From positions 62,001 through 126,000 of the forward strand of contig NW_020844929.1 in NCBI RefSeq assembly GCF_003704095.1: 64,000 bases of DNA, in the 5' to 3' direction. Shown piece after piece: positions 53,070-63,584 of this stretch (the stretch's first letter is position 1; each line of letters begins with the position of its first letter). The notes beneath the pieces are model-generated. The model was not told the origin of the DNA and searched no databases. It was given only the letters and a program-made list of their open reading frames with translations. This DNA comes from Pocillopora damicornis (taxonomy: Eukaryota). Position numbers and translations under genes: made by a program.

Positions 53070-53768
53070 ATGGACAGAAATATGTCTCATCACCAATCAT
53101 CTTTCTCCGGACCGAGAAACCGTCCACAGAGAAGGGTCAGTGTTTCAACATTGTCTGAAGGTAAATCAAAAACAGATTCTTTTTGGGGGGTATCTGGCCA
53201 ATGCAAACTCCAATTTGAGAAGCGGGCTGATAGCTGCAAATTACCAAGCGTCGCCGCACCTCGAAAAGGAATAGTCGCTCTTCCTCTTAATCACGCGAGT
53301 GATGAAACAACGCGAAACTGCGAGGATACCAAACACCCGATGTTAGATGTTACTGACCCACCAAAATTATTACGTAGACAAGAAAGTCTTCTCAATGCTA
53401 ACCCTGGCCATGAAGCTAAACTGCCTTTAAACTCTGATCCGTTTGCTTGGAATGTTATGGGTGAGGAGATATCGCGGAACTGTGCGAATAACAAACACTT
53501 GAATTTAGATAACACTGGTCCAACAGAAGTACTTCGTACACGACATAGTCTCCCTAACATCCCCAGACTCAACGCAAAAATTTTCGGAAGGTTCGAAAAT
53601 CACCAGCACCAGGAATATGGAGAACACGCATCTATTGCAAAGTGGCGCACGAACTCGAAAGCGCTTCAAAAGTTTGTAGAAAATGCAGAGAGAAGTTATG
53701 ACAGAAACAAAGAAAAGGCTATTCTTCTGCACAACTGGATGCTCCAACAGGGGTCATCAAAAGAATGA
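53070..53768 (+). CDS. Orphan array member H (232 aa) with an internal duplication
   Basis: aaaATGG start. Contains RRVS, QFEK..CKLPSV, LRRQES, RHSLP; ends KFVENAERSYDRNKEKAILLHNWMLQQGSSKE. Confidence 0.82.
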   Translation: MDRNMSHHQSSFSGPRNRPQRRVSVSTLSEGKSKTDSFWGVSGQCKLQFEKRADSCKLPSVAAPRKGIVALPLNHASDETTRNCEDTKHPMLDVTDPPKLLRRQESLLNANPGHEAKLPLNSDPFAWNVMGEEISRNCANNKHLNLDNTGPTEVLRTRHSLPNIPRLNAKIFGRFENHQHQEYGEHASIAKWRTNSKALQKFVENAERSYDRNKEKAILLHNWMLQQGSSKE

Positions 53769-55220
53769 AAGCTTGACATAGAAAACTATTTTTCTTCTTC
53801 CAACTTTCTCTCTACAAAATTCCTAATTATACTGTTACTTCATACCCTATTTCATCAGCAAATTAATTTGAAGGAATGTTCTAGTAAAAGATAGTTAGCA
53901 TTCTGGTGAGTTGTTTCAGTCCTTGTTGAGCAAACTTGGTTATATTGCACCTGTCTGAGTCATATTCTACCCAAGCACACAGAATAAGGGAAGGGAAAAA
54001 GAGTTTTATTTCCCTGTATTCAGAACGATATTAAAATCTTTGAAATTGCACTTATATACTGAGCCTACAATCAACTGTAACATATGCCTCTTTTGCATTC
54101 TACGACAAACAAAGTCCTTATTATGTTAAATACCGTACATTTGTTTAACCACAAACACTTGCCATATTTCTTTAACGTAATCAATGAGTTGAGACAAAAA
54201 AGCAGTTGACTTTCTTTTGGTTGCGAGTGAAATAAGTTCAGTTCACCATAACGCCGCTGGGCTGTCCAAGTGCTGGTATCATTTGGCGATTAGATTTCAT
54301 CTTACATCATGTTAAATTGATCTTGAGCTGGCTCGCAATCTAATCAATTATTGTCAGCGAGAATTTGGCCTTGTTTACGTAACCGTCTAAAAACCTACTG
54401 CTTACTGGAAGATACCTTTTGCACAGCTTGCAGTTGATCTTGTGATTATCTTTATTGACACTCACGCATAATTTCTTAGCTTACCCACGCGAAGTTTACC
54501 GTGCTAATCAGCTGAAACCCCCATCTATCATTTGTTTGAAACTTCTCACTGCCCTTCTCGCTTTGTCAATTCTATTTTAAAACTGATATTTAAGACAATG
54601 TGAGACTAACGGCGTCAAAATTCCGGCGGCTTGTTTTCGCAAAACAACCTTACAGTAGAAACAATTGAACAAATTCGCTTTTCGACGTAATAAATCACGT
54701 TTAGAAGACATATTCGTCGGTACTCTTACTTTTCAAGTGTAATCTTAGAAGCATATATAAATCATCGAATTAAAAATATCATCCATACGTGCAATTATGC
54801 AAGCCCAGCGTCTTAAACCAAAAGAACTTTTAAAGCACTCAAAGATGTATACTCTGCTGGAAATGACATTTGTCAACAACTGAATGACGATACAAGGGAC
54901 ATTTTTAAAACACGGGACAGATATAGGTCCGCATGTTCTCTCATTCGTGAACATGCACTTTAAACCCACTTCAAAATCATCAGTCCCTCTGAAAACATCC
55001 ACATTGATATTTACTCGACAAAACAAGGTCAAGGTGCTTCGAGAAATGTGGTGTTAGCTAGCCTATTTGCAAAAGTCTGCCGCCATAATTGATCGACGTG
55101 AATGAAATGATTCAGTGACAGAGGTAAACCGCGGCGTAAAAATGACCAGTTGAATAATCCTTTCCCGCGGGGTCAACTGTTGACCATAGTTTCTGAATAA
55201 AAGGGTAATTTAGCATTTTC

Positions 55221-55309
55221 AACTGAGTTGATAACGTAAATTGGGCACCGTAAAGAGTTTAAAACTTTTAAACTCTTTACGGTGCCCAATTTACGTTATC
55301 AACTCAGTT
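55221..55309. repeat. Perfect 44-bp inverted repeat (1-nt spacer) formed from two Penelope-repeat tails
   Basis: 55221-55264 is the exact reverse complement of 55266-55309. The sequence matches the tail of the hammerhead repeat; more element sequence continues to ~55380. Confidence 0.92.
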
Positions 55310-55670
55310 CAGATTATACTAAATTACCCTGTTATACTCTCCAACCGACGCAGCACTTTAGAAACTTACCCCCTTTATTCATAGTTTTCAAAAACGACTG
55401 CAAAAGCATGCTTTACTACAGAAGCCTATAGATGATATTTTTGAAGTGCTCATTTTCATGTTCATTTATTCATTCATTATTGCATTTATTTCTTTTTTTC
55501 CCTTTTTGCCGACTGATCATGAGGTATACTGTAGTTTCTTCTCATGCTCTTTGTCAGCCTAACCGTGAGTGTAAATCCGTTTTTCGTAAGTTATAAAGTC
55601 ATTACAATGCAACCTCAGCGGATCGAGGCCAAGCTCTTTAATCTCAGTACAAAGTACAAAAGTACAAAGT

Positions 55671-57452
55671 TTAATTCAAATGAGTTGAGTTTTTGAGGGC
55701 ACTATCTAAACAGAGCTTAGCTCCAGACAACAAAAAATAAGGTCTTCGGGATATTTCAATATCGTTTCGTTTTGTGCAAGTCTTAACTTTGTCAGCGAGT
55801 TGTGCTAATTCGGTTCTCAATGGTACGTTAGTTCCTCGAATGCAAAGAACCTTCAAATACTTGCAAGCTGCCACGAGCTCAACAAGAGCATTTTCGACGC
55901 GATACCTGTTTATGGCGTAGAAATCATACAGGGCCAGAGTTTCAATGCGCGGACAAAATTTTTTGATATTGGTGAACACAGTTTCAGTTTTGATTGTGGC
56001 TTGCTTTGTGATGTAAAAATGTTTTAAGTTCCTTAAATTTTTCAACAACGATCTAAGCTCTTCGCAGGAAGTGATTGCGCTTCCAACACAAAGACTTCTT
56101 AAACGAGGACACCTTTCGGCGAACTTGCACAATGTCTTGCCAGTGATGTTGAAGCTGCTGTGAATATCGAGGATTTCGAGTTGTTGGTAGTTCATTTGTG
56201 ACATGGCGCTTATAACATTGTCGCTGAAAGCTCTACCCCAACCACAAAAAGATAGCTGAAGATACCTCAGATCTGTCAACTTGGGAAGCATTTCCATAAG
56301 CCCACTCTCGCCAATTCCATAACAGTATGAAAAGTCAAGCTCGGTGAGACTGGCCTTACTCCAATCCGTTTTCATAATGTTGCTATTTTGCAATCTCGTG
56401 CAACTCATTAGTAAAGTTTGAAGGTTTCTGCATTCGGCAAATAGACGCGGGAAAGTGGACCCCTTGACGTAAATACATCCAGTGAGACACAGTGATTCTA
56501 GTTTGGGACAAGAACCTGCCAGGGTGTCTATATTAGAATCTGTTAAGGAGGGGCAATTCTGGAAATGAACTATCCGCAGATTGCGCAGCGAAATAAAAAC
56601 TCTTTCCAGCTCTCCCGATGAATTAATATTTGCCAATCCAAGACTTTGAATATTCCTAAAGAGATGGATGTGTTCTATGAAAACGTTAGAACAAAGGCCT
56701 TCAAGAAAGCGAACGTCCAGGTTTTCAAGGGTTTTAAAAGAATTCCAGCAAAGGCGAAAGTTATAAACCAAGTCTGTAAAATATGCCCCCTGAAGACTGA
56801 AAGAGAAAAAAAAAAACCAACTGAAACGAAATATTTTCTTAATTGCATCTTATAAAGATATCTATATCTAGTTCATCTACTATTTCCCATAGATATCTAT
56901 GAGGTTTTAATTTAGCGAAATTTAATTGAATATTTAATGTAACAGAGTAAGAAAATGCAGAAAGTAAATCGTTGTTGTGGTTTTTGTCGTCGATCGGCTG
57001 ATTTGCTTTCCCTTATTGGACTGATCAGTTATTCTTAAGAACCAATCTTTATAACATCACCAGCTAGTGACAACGCGTTTTATGGCTATCGGTTAACCCT
57101 ATTGAAGCCCTCCTACTACGAAAACCAAAACACGCAGCAAAGAGATTTACCTGAGGGTTTTTAACTTGACACATTTCTCTGCCAAAGTAGTTATAAAAGC
57201 AACTGAAAGACCGCATCCACTGATGTTCATCACAGAAACAAAGGGAGATATCTTTTCGATCAATGATATTATGCTTTCTTTCCAAAGACTTAGGCCACGT
57301 AAATCCACATGTTGCCAGAGCGAATAGTCCAAAGCAATTCTGTGCCAATTTTTACACACCATTCCTACGCGCCCTAGATCTTTAGAAGCAAGGTGATGAA
57401 ATATGTTCAGCAAAACGGACTCTGGGAGTTTTTCGACCAGATTGGTTGCCAT
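55671..57452 (-). CDS. F-box / leucine-rich-repeat (FBXL) protein; exons 57452-57151 and 56796-55671; ~475 aa
   Basis: F-box LPESVLLNIFHHL...VCKNWHRIALDYSLWQHVDL followed by cysteine-containing LRRs (CPKLESLCLTGC, LTELDFSYC, CPRLRSL). Phase-2 intron with GTAAAT donor and polypyrimidine-TTTCAG acceptor joins ...KLKTLS-LQGAYF. Subfamily not assigned. Confidence 0.9.
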
Positions 57453-57630
57453 TTTAGCCCACAATGTTTCTTGTGAACTCGGTGAGGTGAGCAAATAGAA
57501 TTGTCCACTTGCGCGCGGCAATTAGAAACAAGCTCGCTAACTACTGTGAAGTCAACAAAGGTTTAATTCGGCACGAGCCAGGATATTGTAGAGCAAATCA
57601 GTTGCTTTCAAGGTTAAGTTTGGCATGTTC

Positions 57631-57653
57631 TTTTCCTTTCCGGAAGATGGCGG
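57631..57653. promoter_or_regulatory. Overlapping ETS (CCGGAAG) and YY1 (AAGATGGCGG) motifs in the bidirectional FBXL/RPL32 promoter
   Basis: ttttcctttCCGGAAGATGGCGG lies between the divergent genes; both motifs are typical of housekeeping and ribosomal-protein promoters. Confidence 0.55.
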
Positions 57654-58083
57654 ACTTGGAACCGATGGATGTAAGAATATTAAATTCTTTTTATCAGTTT
57701 TTCTCGATTTTTCAATCGATTTTCTTATTTTAAGAAAACGAAGTCGCCTTTGTCAACACTCACAATTCAATTGTGAGCGTCAGCAAAAGCGTTTTATTCG
57801 TTTGTTAAGTCATGCACTGGACTTCAGAAAGAGATGCCATCGTTTGAATCACATCGAAAGCACATAGTCAACTAACGATCTTTGCTCAGTTTGCTCGTTA
57901 TAGTTTTGTCTTCTTTGAAGGACTTTTATTCTTCACACTCATTGCGGGCCTGTTCTTAGCGTTTTGGACAAAGTTATGGTAACTAGGCTCCCTACCCTCA
58001 AATGCGTAAAAGGAAAACTTATCTAGGGTAGTGTGGGCGGGCTTTGAAACGGCTCCATGAGCCTCCGCGCACCTTGCTATGGC

Positions 58084-58123
58084 CTCTTTGCCATTTTCTT
58101 TGCTGCTCGTCTTATAGAGTGAG
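58084..58123 (+). promoter_or_regulatory. RPL32: Probable non-coding first exon of RPL32 with 5'TOP (TCT) start
   Basis: CTCTTTgccattttctttgc followed by donor GAG|GTGAGC at 58124. Matching acceptor ttttctcAG at 58718-58719, 5 nt before the ATG. Confidence 0.65.
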
Positions 58124-58724
58124 GTGAGCGAGTTGCATCTTAGCATATTTCCTTTCATTTCAAGACATCAGTAGATCAAAATATGTCTATTTACTACCGT
58201 ATTTCTTGAAAATTGCTTTGGTATAAATATTTTTAATGGAACTCTTTGTTGTAATGTAAAACGACGCGAATGATCCGGGGCTCTGAATTACAGCGAAATC
58301 CAGTATACATGAAAAGAACTCGAGTGGATTTAGAAATTACACTGCTTAACACTGAATCCTTTTTATTGATCGAAGGAGATAAGAAGGACGCTTCTCCTGG
58401 TCCAATCATCGGGATAAATTGAAGGGCGTTTTGTTGTTTTCCCAACGTGTCTAGAGCGATGTCGATAGCTTCCACATGACACAGTCACTCACTCGAAGCT
58501 AGTGCCATCTTCAAGTATATATTTTTTCTAAAATTTTGTGTTCGTTCGGCTAGTTCTGCGGGGTTTTTTTGCGCTCTGCCAGCATTATATTGTACGCTTT
58601 CTTTGCAAATTATTTCGGCAGCTCACAAGCAAGCGTTTAATGGTATCTTGAAGAAGTTGATACGATCAGTTTTTTTAAATAAACCTGAACGTTTCATTTT
58701 GTTTTATTATTTTTCTCAGCCAAG

Positions 58725-61700
58725 ATGGTTATGCCAGCAAATAAACCTCGCATTATTAAAAAGAGGAAGAAGAGATTCATCAGACATCAGTCTGATCGAT
58801 TTCTCAGAGTTAAGGTTTGTATTATTTCACTTGTTTTAGCCCCTCACATCTCAACCGAATGGCAACCACTTCCTTCATTCTCATGGTTTATAAATGAAAA
58901 TGAATGATTCAGCAGCATAACTTTAAAGAGGAATTAGATGCTGGTCACTCTAAGAGTCCAAGGGGTTGAGAAACCTTTCTTTTCAATGTATGATTTACAT
59001 TAGCTAGAATAGAGACTATGCTGGGTATTGAGGGTAATTTTGATACAAACATTGTGCAATAATTCCATAAGGCAAATACAGACATGATGTCTTGCAACTT
59101 ATTGTTTTAGATTTACCTTCCCATTAAAAGCACCACACTCTGAACTTAAACCATAGCCTATTGCTACTGGCTTAGTAATGAAAGTGGTGGTCGTCCAAGG
59201 GAAGGAGAAAAACTCATTTTGTTTGGGTGAGGTGCATATAGGACCTCTTTCTTAATGTTCTATGGTATGAATCTCAATCCAAAATGTACATTTGCTGCAT
59301 GCAACAAAATGCCTGCATTTTATTTATGTGGAAAATTTCTAGTTGGTAGAGGAATTATTACTATGAAACTCAAAACACAGTCAGCACTTTGATTTGATTC
59401 TGACTGGTCTGTGGTGTACTGACCAATCTGATGTCCATGTAGTTCATTATACACAAAAAAATCCAAAACTACAGTTGGATCACCACTTCTGTCATTGGCA
59501 GTTTATTTTTCTGAAGACCAGTTGGTTTCCTTCAAAACACTCAAACTCTTGACGGTTATTTCTGTTCACAGATTTTTTGTGTTTCACCTATTCTTTGAAA
59601 CTGAAACCTCACTGTTTCTCTACTTTTAATTTGCAATTAAGTGAGACTGTCAGTGTCTTTTTGCATTCCTTTCTACTAGAAATCTAATGATACTAAGTGA
59701 ATGCTACAAATTTTGCTTTTGCTTTCAGCCAAGCTGGCGTAAGCCAAAGGGTATTGACAACAGAGTGCGCAGAAGGTTCAAAGGCCAATATTTAATGCCA
59801 AGTATTGGCTATGGCAGCAACAAGAAAACTAGACATCTCATGCCAGATGGCTTCAAAAAATTTGTCATTCACAATGTCCAGGTGAGAACTGAAATTTATA
59901 TTAAGGAATTTAGTGGGAAGAGAACAATATAAAATAACCAGAGAACATTCACCACATCTGAATTAAAAAAGGCCTTAAACAAAGACACAAAAAATAGGCC
60001 AGCCATCAAAATTTTGCATGGTTTGCATGAAATTTTCTGATCTCCCATGTTCAATGAACAGTTAGAACATTGAGTTTTTTCCTTTGCTTTCCTATCCTCA
60101 ATATCACTTCTCTGCACTGTCTGCCACACATTTTTTGAAAAATTTTTACCTGAAAATTTGGTATATTTTTCTTTTCATTTTTATTACATGTGTAGGTGTG
60201 TACTGATATTATAAAGAGAAATTTCTGTTTGGTTTCTTGTCGGAGATTGAAAGGGGTCAACATAGATTGACGATTTTGACAGATGTTCTAACTGCATTTA
60301 GTTTATGGCAATCATATGCCTACTTTTTCCAAGTGTATGTAAAAATAGTGAATTCATGGATTAAGCTTATGAATACTTCCCAAAAGGCTATGTTTTACAA
60401 TACATTCTTCCACTGTTTCTTAGTTTTTAGTTTGCTTGAAATAGATGTCTCTAGTAGTGGTGTAAGCACACGTAGAATGTTCAGTTCTATGTGTACATTT
60501 ATGTATACTGATCATTCAGCCAGCTTTGTCAGCAACTGGTGCATTTCATGGTCTACTCTGAAAAACACTCTGGCTATTCTGAATGTTTATAGCTCAGATT
60601 TTAGCATGGAGGCATGAAATTTTGCTACCTAATTTCTATCACAAACCAGTTACCCAAAATTTTCTAGAAACATAAGGATTCAATTAAACTGTTATGGCTG
60701 TGACATCAGTTTAACACCAAGCTATGAGTATTACAAAAACCCTTCCTTTAAAAAGCACCTCACTTGGAACTAAAACCATGATCACTTCAGATTTCATGGC
60801 CTAGCCATTGATCTGTTGTGATCACTGGAGTAGTTAGGACAGTGATGGTTGTCAAAGGAAGGAGAGAGAGGCAATGTTAATGGGTGAGACAGGAGAGGAC
60901 CTCTTTCTTAATGTCCACTGTTCTTGGTTCTCAATCCACATTGCAACACTACTTACAATAATCATTTCTAATCTACATTTTTTGTTGGTGAGTAGAGGGC
61001 TGATTACATGAATTTTTGGGCTGGTTGAAGTGGATTTAATTCATTAACAAGTGCAACCCTTGTCAAACTGTTCCTAGTTTTTGTAAGCTAAAATTGGAAA
61101 TGTTAAAAAAAAAATACCTGAAATATTTCCCAGATCAACACCTTAAAGCACTATTCAAACTAATGTAATCAGCTCCTACTCTGAAAATACATTTGTGATC
61201 CTCCATGGGAAAACAGACACTAATGCTAAACGGACACTAAACTGTTTAAACGCTTGAGTTAGCTGTTTACTATCCGTTTACAACCGTTTTTCTAGACTGT
61301 TTAACGGAAAAGCGTTAGTGTCCATTTTCCCATGGAGGGTCACATTTATTTAGTTTATCAAGATGTAATCATTGAATACAGGATGCTTGTTGCACTTAAA
61401 CCCAGCTAACTTCTCATTGACCAGTATACACAGAGTAGCTCAGTGGTTGAGGATCACACTGTAAAAAAATGTTAAGATTTGGGTCTTCTCTTCATGGTGG
61501 GACTCAGATTTGTTTTTTCCTTTGTTCTTCATTAGTTATTAGCAAACAGCAGTCATCTTAGACTTTCTCTGCCATTCCTTTTATTTTGTTTTCTTATGTT
61601 TTTGTTTATTTATATTTATTGTTTTCATTTCATCAGGAACTAGAAGTCCTCCTGATGGCCAATAAGAGCTATGCAGCAGAGATTGCACACAATGTGTCCA

Positions 61701-61795
61701 GTAAGAAGAGGAAAGAAATAGTGGAGCGTGCACAACAGCTGGCCATTAAAATAACAAATGCCAATGCAAGACTGCGCAGTGAAGAGAATGAGTAG
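58725..61795 (+). CDS. RPL32: 60S ribosomal protein L32 (eL32); exons 58725-58814, 59729-59881, 61637-61795; 133 aa
   Basis: [17 protein letters not shown]...[17 protein letters not shown]...[11 protein letters not shown]...ELEVLLM...[12 protein letters not shown]...[12 protein letters not shown]. Canonical phase-0 GT-AG introns; AATAAA at 61833. Confidence 0.98.
59116..59293 (+). ncRNA. SNORA21: Intronic box H/ACA snoRNA, SNORA21/snR10-like (copy 1)
   Basis: Hairpin ccttccc...gggaagg, H box AGAAAA, second hairpin, then ACA + 3 nt. Pocket 2 (TGGGTG / CAATCC) is complementary to 28S GGAUUG-UU-CACCCA; pocket 1 (AAAAGC / CGTC) is complementary to GACG-UC-GCUUUU. Confidence 0.85.
60741..60951 (+). 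ncRNA. SNORA21: Intronic box H/ACA snoRNA, SNORA21/snR10-like (copy 2, longer 5' hairpin, imperfect H box)
   Basis: ccttcctt...aaggaagg and gcaatgt...acattgc stems. Same guides (AAAAGC/TGTC and TGGGTG/CAATCC); ACA at 60946-60948. Confidence 0.78.
61194..61344. mobile_element. Small MITE (~150 bp) with ~33-bp imperfect TIRs in the last RPL32 intron
   Basis: tgtgatcctccatgggaaaacagacactaatgct pairs with agcgttagtgtccattttcccatggagggtcaca. Confidence 0.78.
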
Positions 61796-62077
61796 ATACT
61801 TAGGCATGGAGAACTGTACCAACTTGTGTAGAAATAAAGACATTGTTTGGATGTATTTGGCTGTTTTTTTTACTAACAAAGAATGTGAGACATGTTGGTT
61901 TTTTGGGGTAATGTACTGGACTGGTGATCAAGAGGTCCACCGGTTTTGAATTGTGGGTGAGTCCCTTTGTTGTAATCTTGTGCCAGTCACTGTATTCTGC
62001 AGTGCTTCTCTGTGCTTGTTTTATAAATGCGTTTTAGAAAACTGTTCAGGAAACTTTGCAAATTGCTAGAGACCATC

Positions 62078-62479
62078 ACCCTAACCCCTAAGAGTGACCA
62101 GCATCTAATTTCTCCTTACAATATCATCCCTAAATCACAAATTAGAGTCATGAGTAAAATGAAAATGATTAACGACTACAGAAGCTCTGAATCGTTAAGC
62201 TAATTCTCCCTGACAGGACCTTAGGAAATGTATAAAGAACAGTATGGAGAATATGCATACTGATGTTAGGGTGTAAAGGGTTAAACCCAAAGATCTGACT
62301 AATAATTCTCCCATTCTGCCACACACGTTTCCATGTAAATTACTGACAAGAATGTACTGTGAGAGTGAGATAACCTCTACCTGGTAAGTTTGAGTGTTCT
62401 CATTACGTGTTAGCTGGATAATAGTGGACATCATAGGGAGGAGTTTAATGTTGATCTCTTCTAGGAGCTAAACAGTTTA
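62078..62479. mobile_element. Two adjacent short interspersed MITE-like repeats with TTAA-CCCT...AGGG-TTAA style ends
   Basis: First unit ccctaacccctaagagtgac...tgttagggtgtaaagggTTAA (to 62284). Second starts cccaaagatctga and resembles another copy starting at 63969 (TTAACCCTTTAATTCCCAAGATCTGA). Confidence 0.6.
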
Positions 62480-63185
62480 AGTACCAGGATTCCATCTCGG
62501 AAGAACGGTAGCCTATTCATACCCTTGGTCAGTGGAGATGAACATTGGAATATTAAAAACGGCATATGCAGCTCTTTCCCTGACAAATGCTGTTTTTCAT
62601 GCTCGCTTTCTTGCTTTTCTCCATTGACTGAGAGCCTAACACAGGTGTGAAGAATACCAGTACAGCCATTTCTGCACCCTACACAAATAAGGCTAAGTCC
62701 TAGCAGTAATTGGGCAGTTTGCAAGGTTTCTCGTGACCCGTGATCAAGTATATCTTTCACAGAAGGGCAGGATATAAACGCAAATCAAGCTATAACTACA
62801 TTCAGTTGGACAATCACACCACATGAACCCCAGGTAGTCCGTTGTGCAAATTTGGTGTTAGTTTGAATTTTCGAATTTTTGCTTTTGTCTTCCATAATCT
62901 CTTCGAAAAGATGTTGGAGATCTTGTTCAGTCCCTTCCTAGTTAGTGCGTCGATATGAAACGAAAATTTTCCTGATTAAGATTCTCGGCAACGTTCTTCC
63001 ACAGGTCACGTGACTAACAAGTCCCAGTTTCTGCTCTGATTATTACTGCTTTGTTTGTTTTCCAAAATATGAAGACTTCCGCCAAGGTTTGAAATCTTCT
63101 ATCCACCTGTTGAAATTTCTCGGCCAAATATGCGCATCTGAATGTCAAAGATTACTCTTATTGTGTAATTGAGGGATCTGGCGTA

Positions 63186-63584
63186 ATGTCGGCTGGTAAG
63201 CATTGTAGCCCTCTGGGCAAGATGGCGAAAATCAAAAACTATCTTTACCTTGGAGGGCTAGCTGCGGCGAAAATGGAAGATTTGCTCAAGGAAAATGGAA
63301 TAACTTGCGTCATCAGCGGTAGGAATGGACCAAATACGAATTTATTCGAGCTTAATACCGGATTTATTTCATGAGGGTATTGCACCTTGCGCTGGATATG
63401 GCCCACAACTTAACTGATCCTGCACATGTTTACTTATATCATGTCTTCTATTATCCATTATTTTAAGCTGCACTGGAATCGCCTGAATTGGCGTATGAAT
63501 CGATAACTTGCATAAGGATAAAGTTGGAAGATAACCCGACCTGTAACATCGGAATATATTTTGATCTAGTGGCCGATAAAATTG
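63186..63584 (+). CDS. Atypical dual-specificity phosphatase (DUSP14/18/21-like), first two exons 63186-63318 and 63468-63584; gene continues beyond the window
   Basis: MAKIKNYLYLGGLAAAK...LLKENGITCVIS|AALE...IKLEDNPTCNIGIYFDLVADKI is the N-terminal half of a DSP domain including the general-acid Asp. Phase-1 GT-AG junctions. The HCxxGxxR motif is not in the window. Confidence 0.88.

Noticed and set aside
55671-57452. Idea that the FBXL gene is FBXL3/21 (CRY ligase), which would fit the clock hypothesis
   Set aside because: I see only generic F-box plus LRR features and nothing diagnostic of FBXL3/21; phylogeny would be needed.
58485-58515. Minus-strand AAGATGGC...GTGAGT as an upstream FBXL exon
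   Set aside because: The candidate acceptor is weak and YY1 motifs are common in ribosomal-protein first introns; no independent support.
58840-59050. Additional structured ncRNA in the RPL32 intron (tctcaacc/ggttgaga and ccctca/tgaggg pairings)
   Set aside because: I could not identify consistent C/D or H/ACA boxes with an rRNA-complementary guide.
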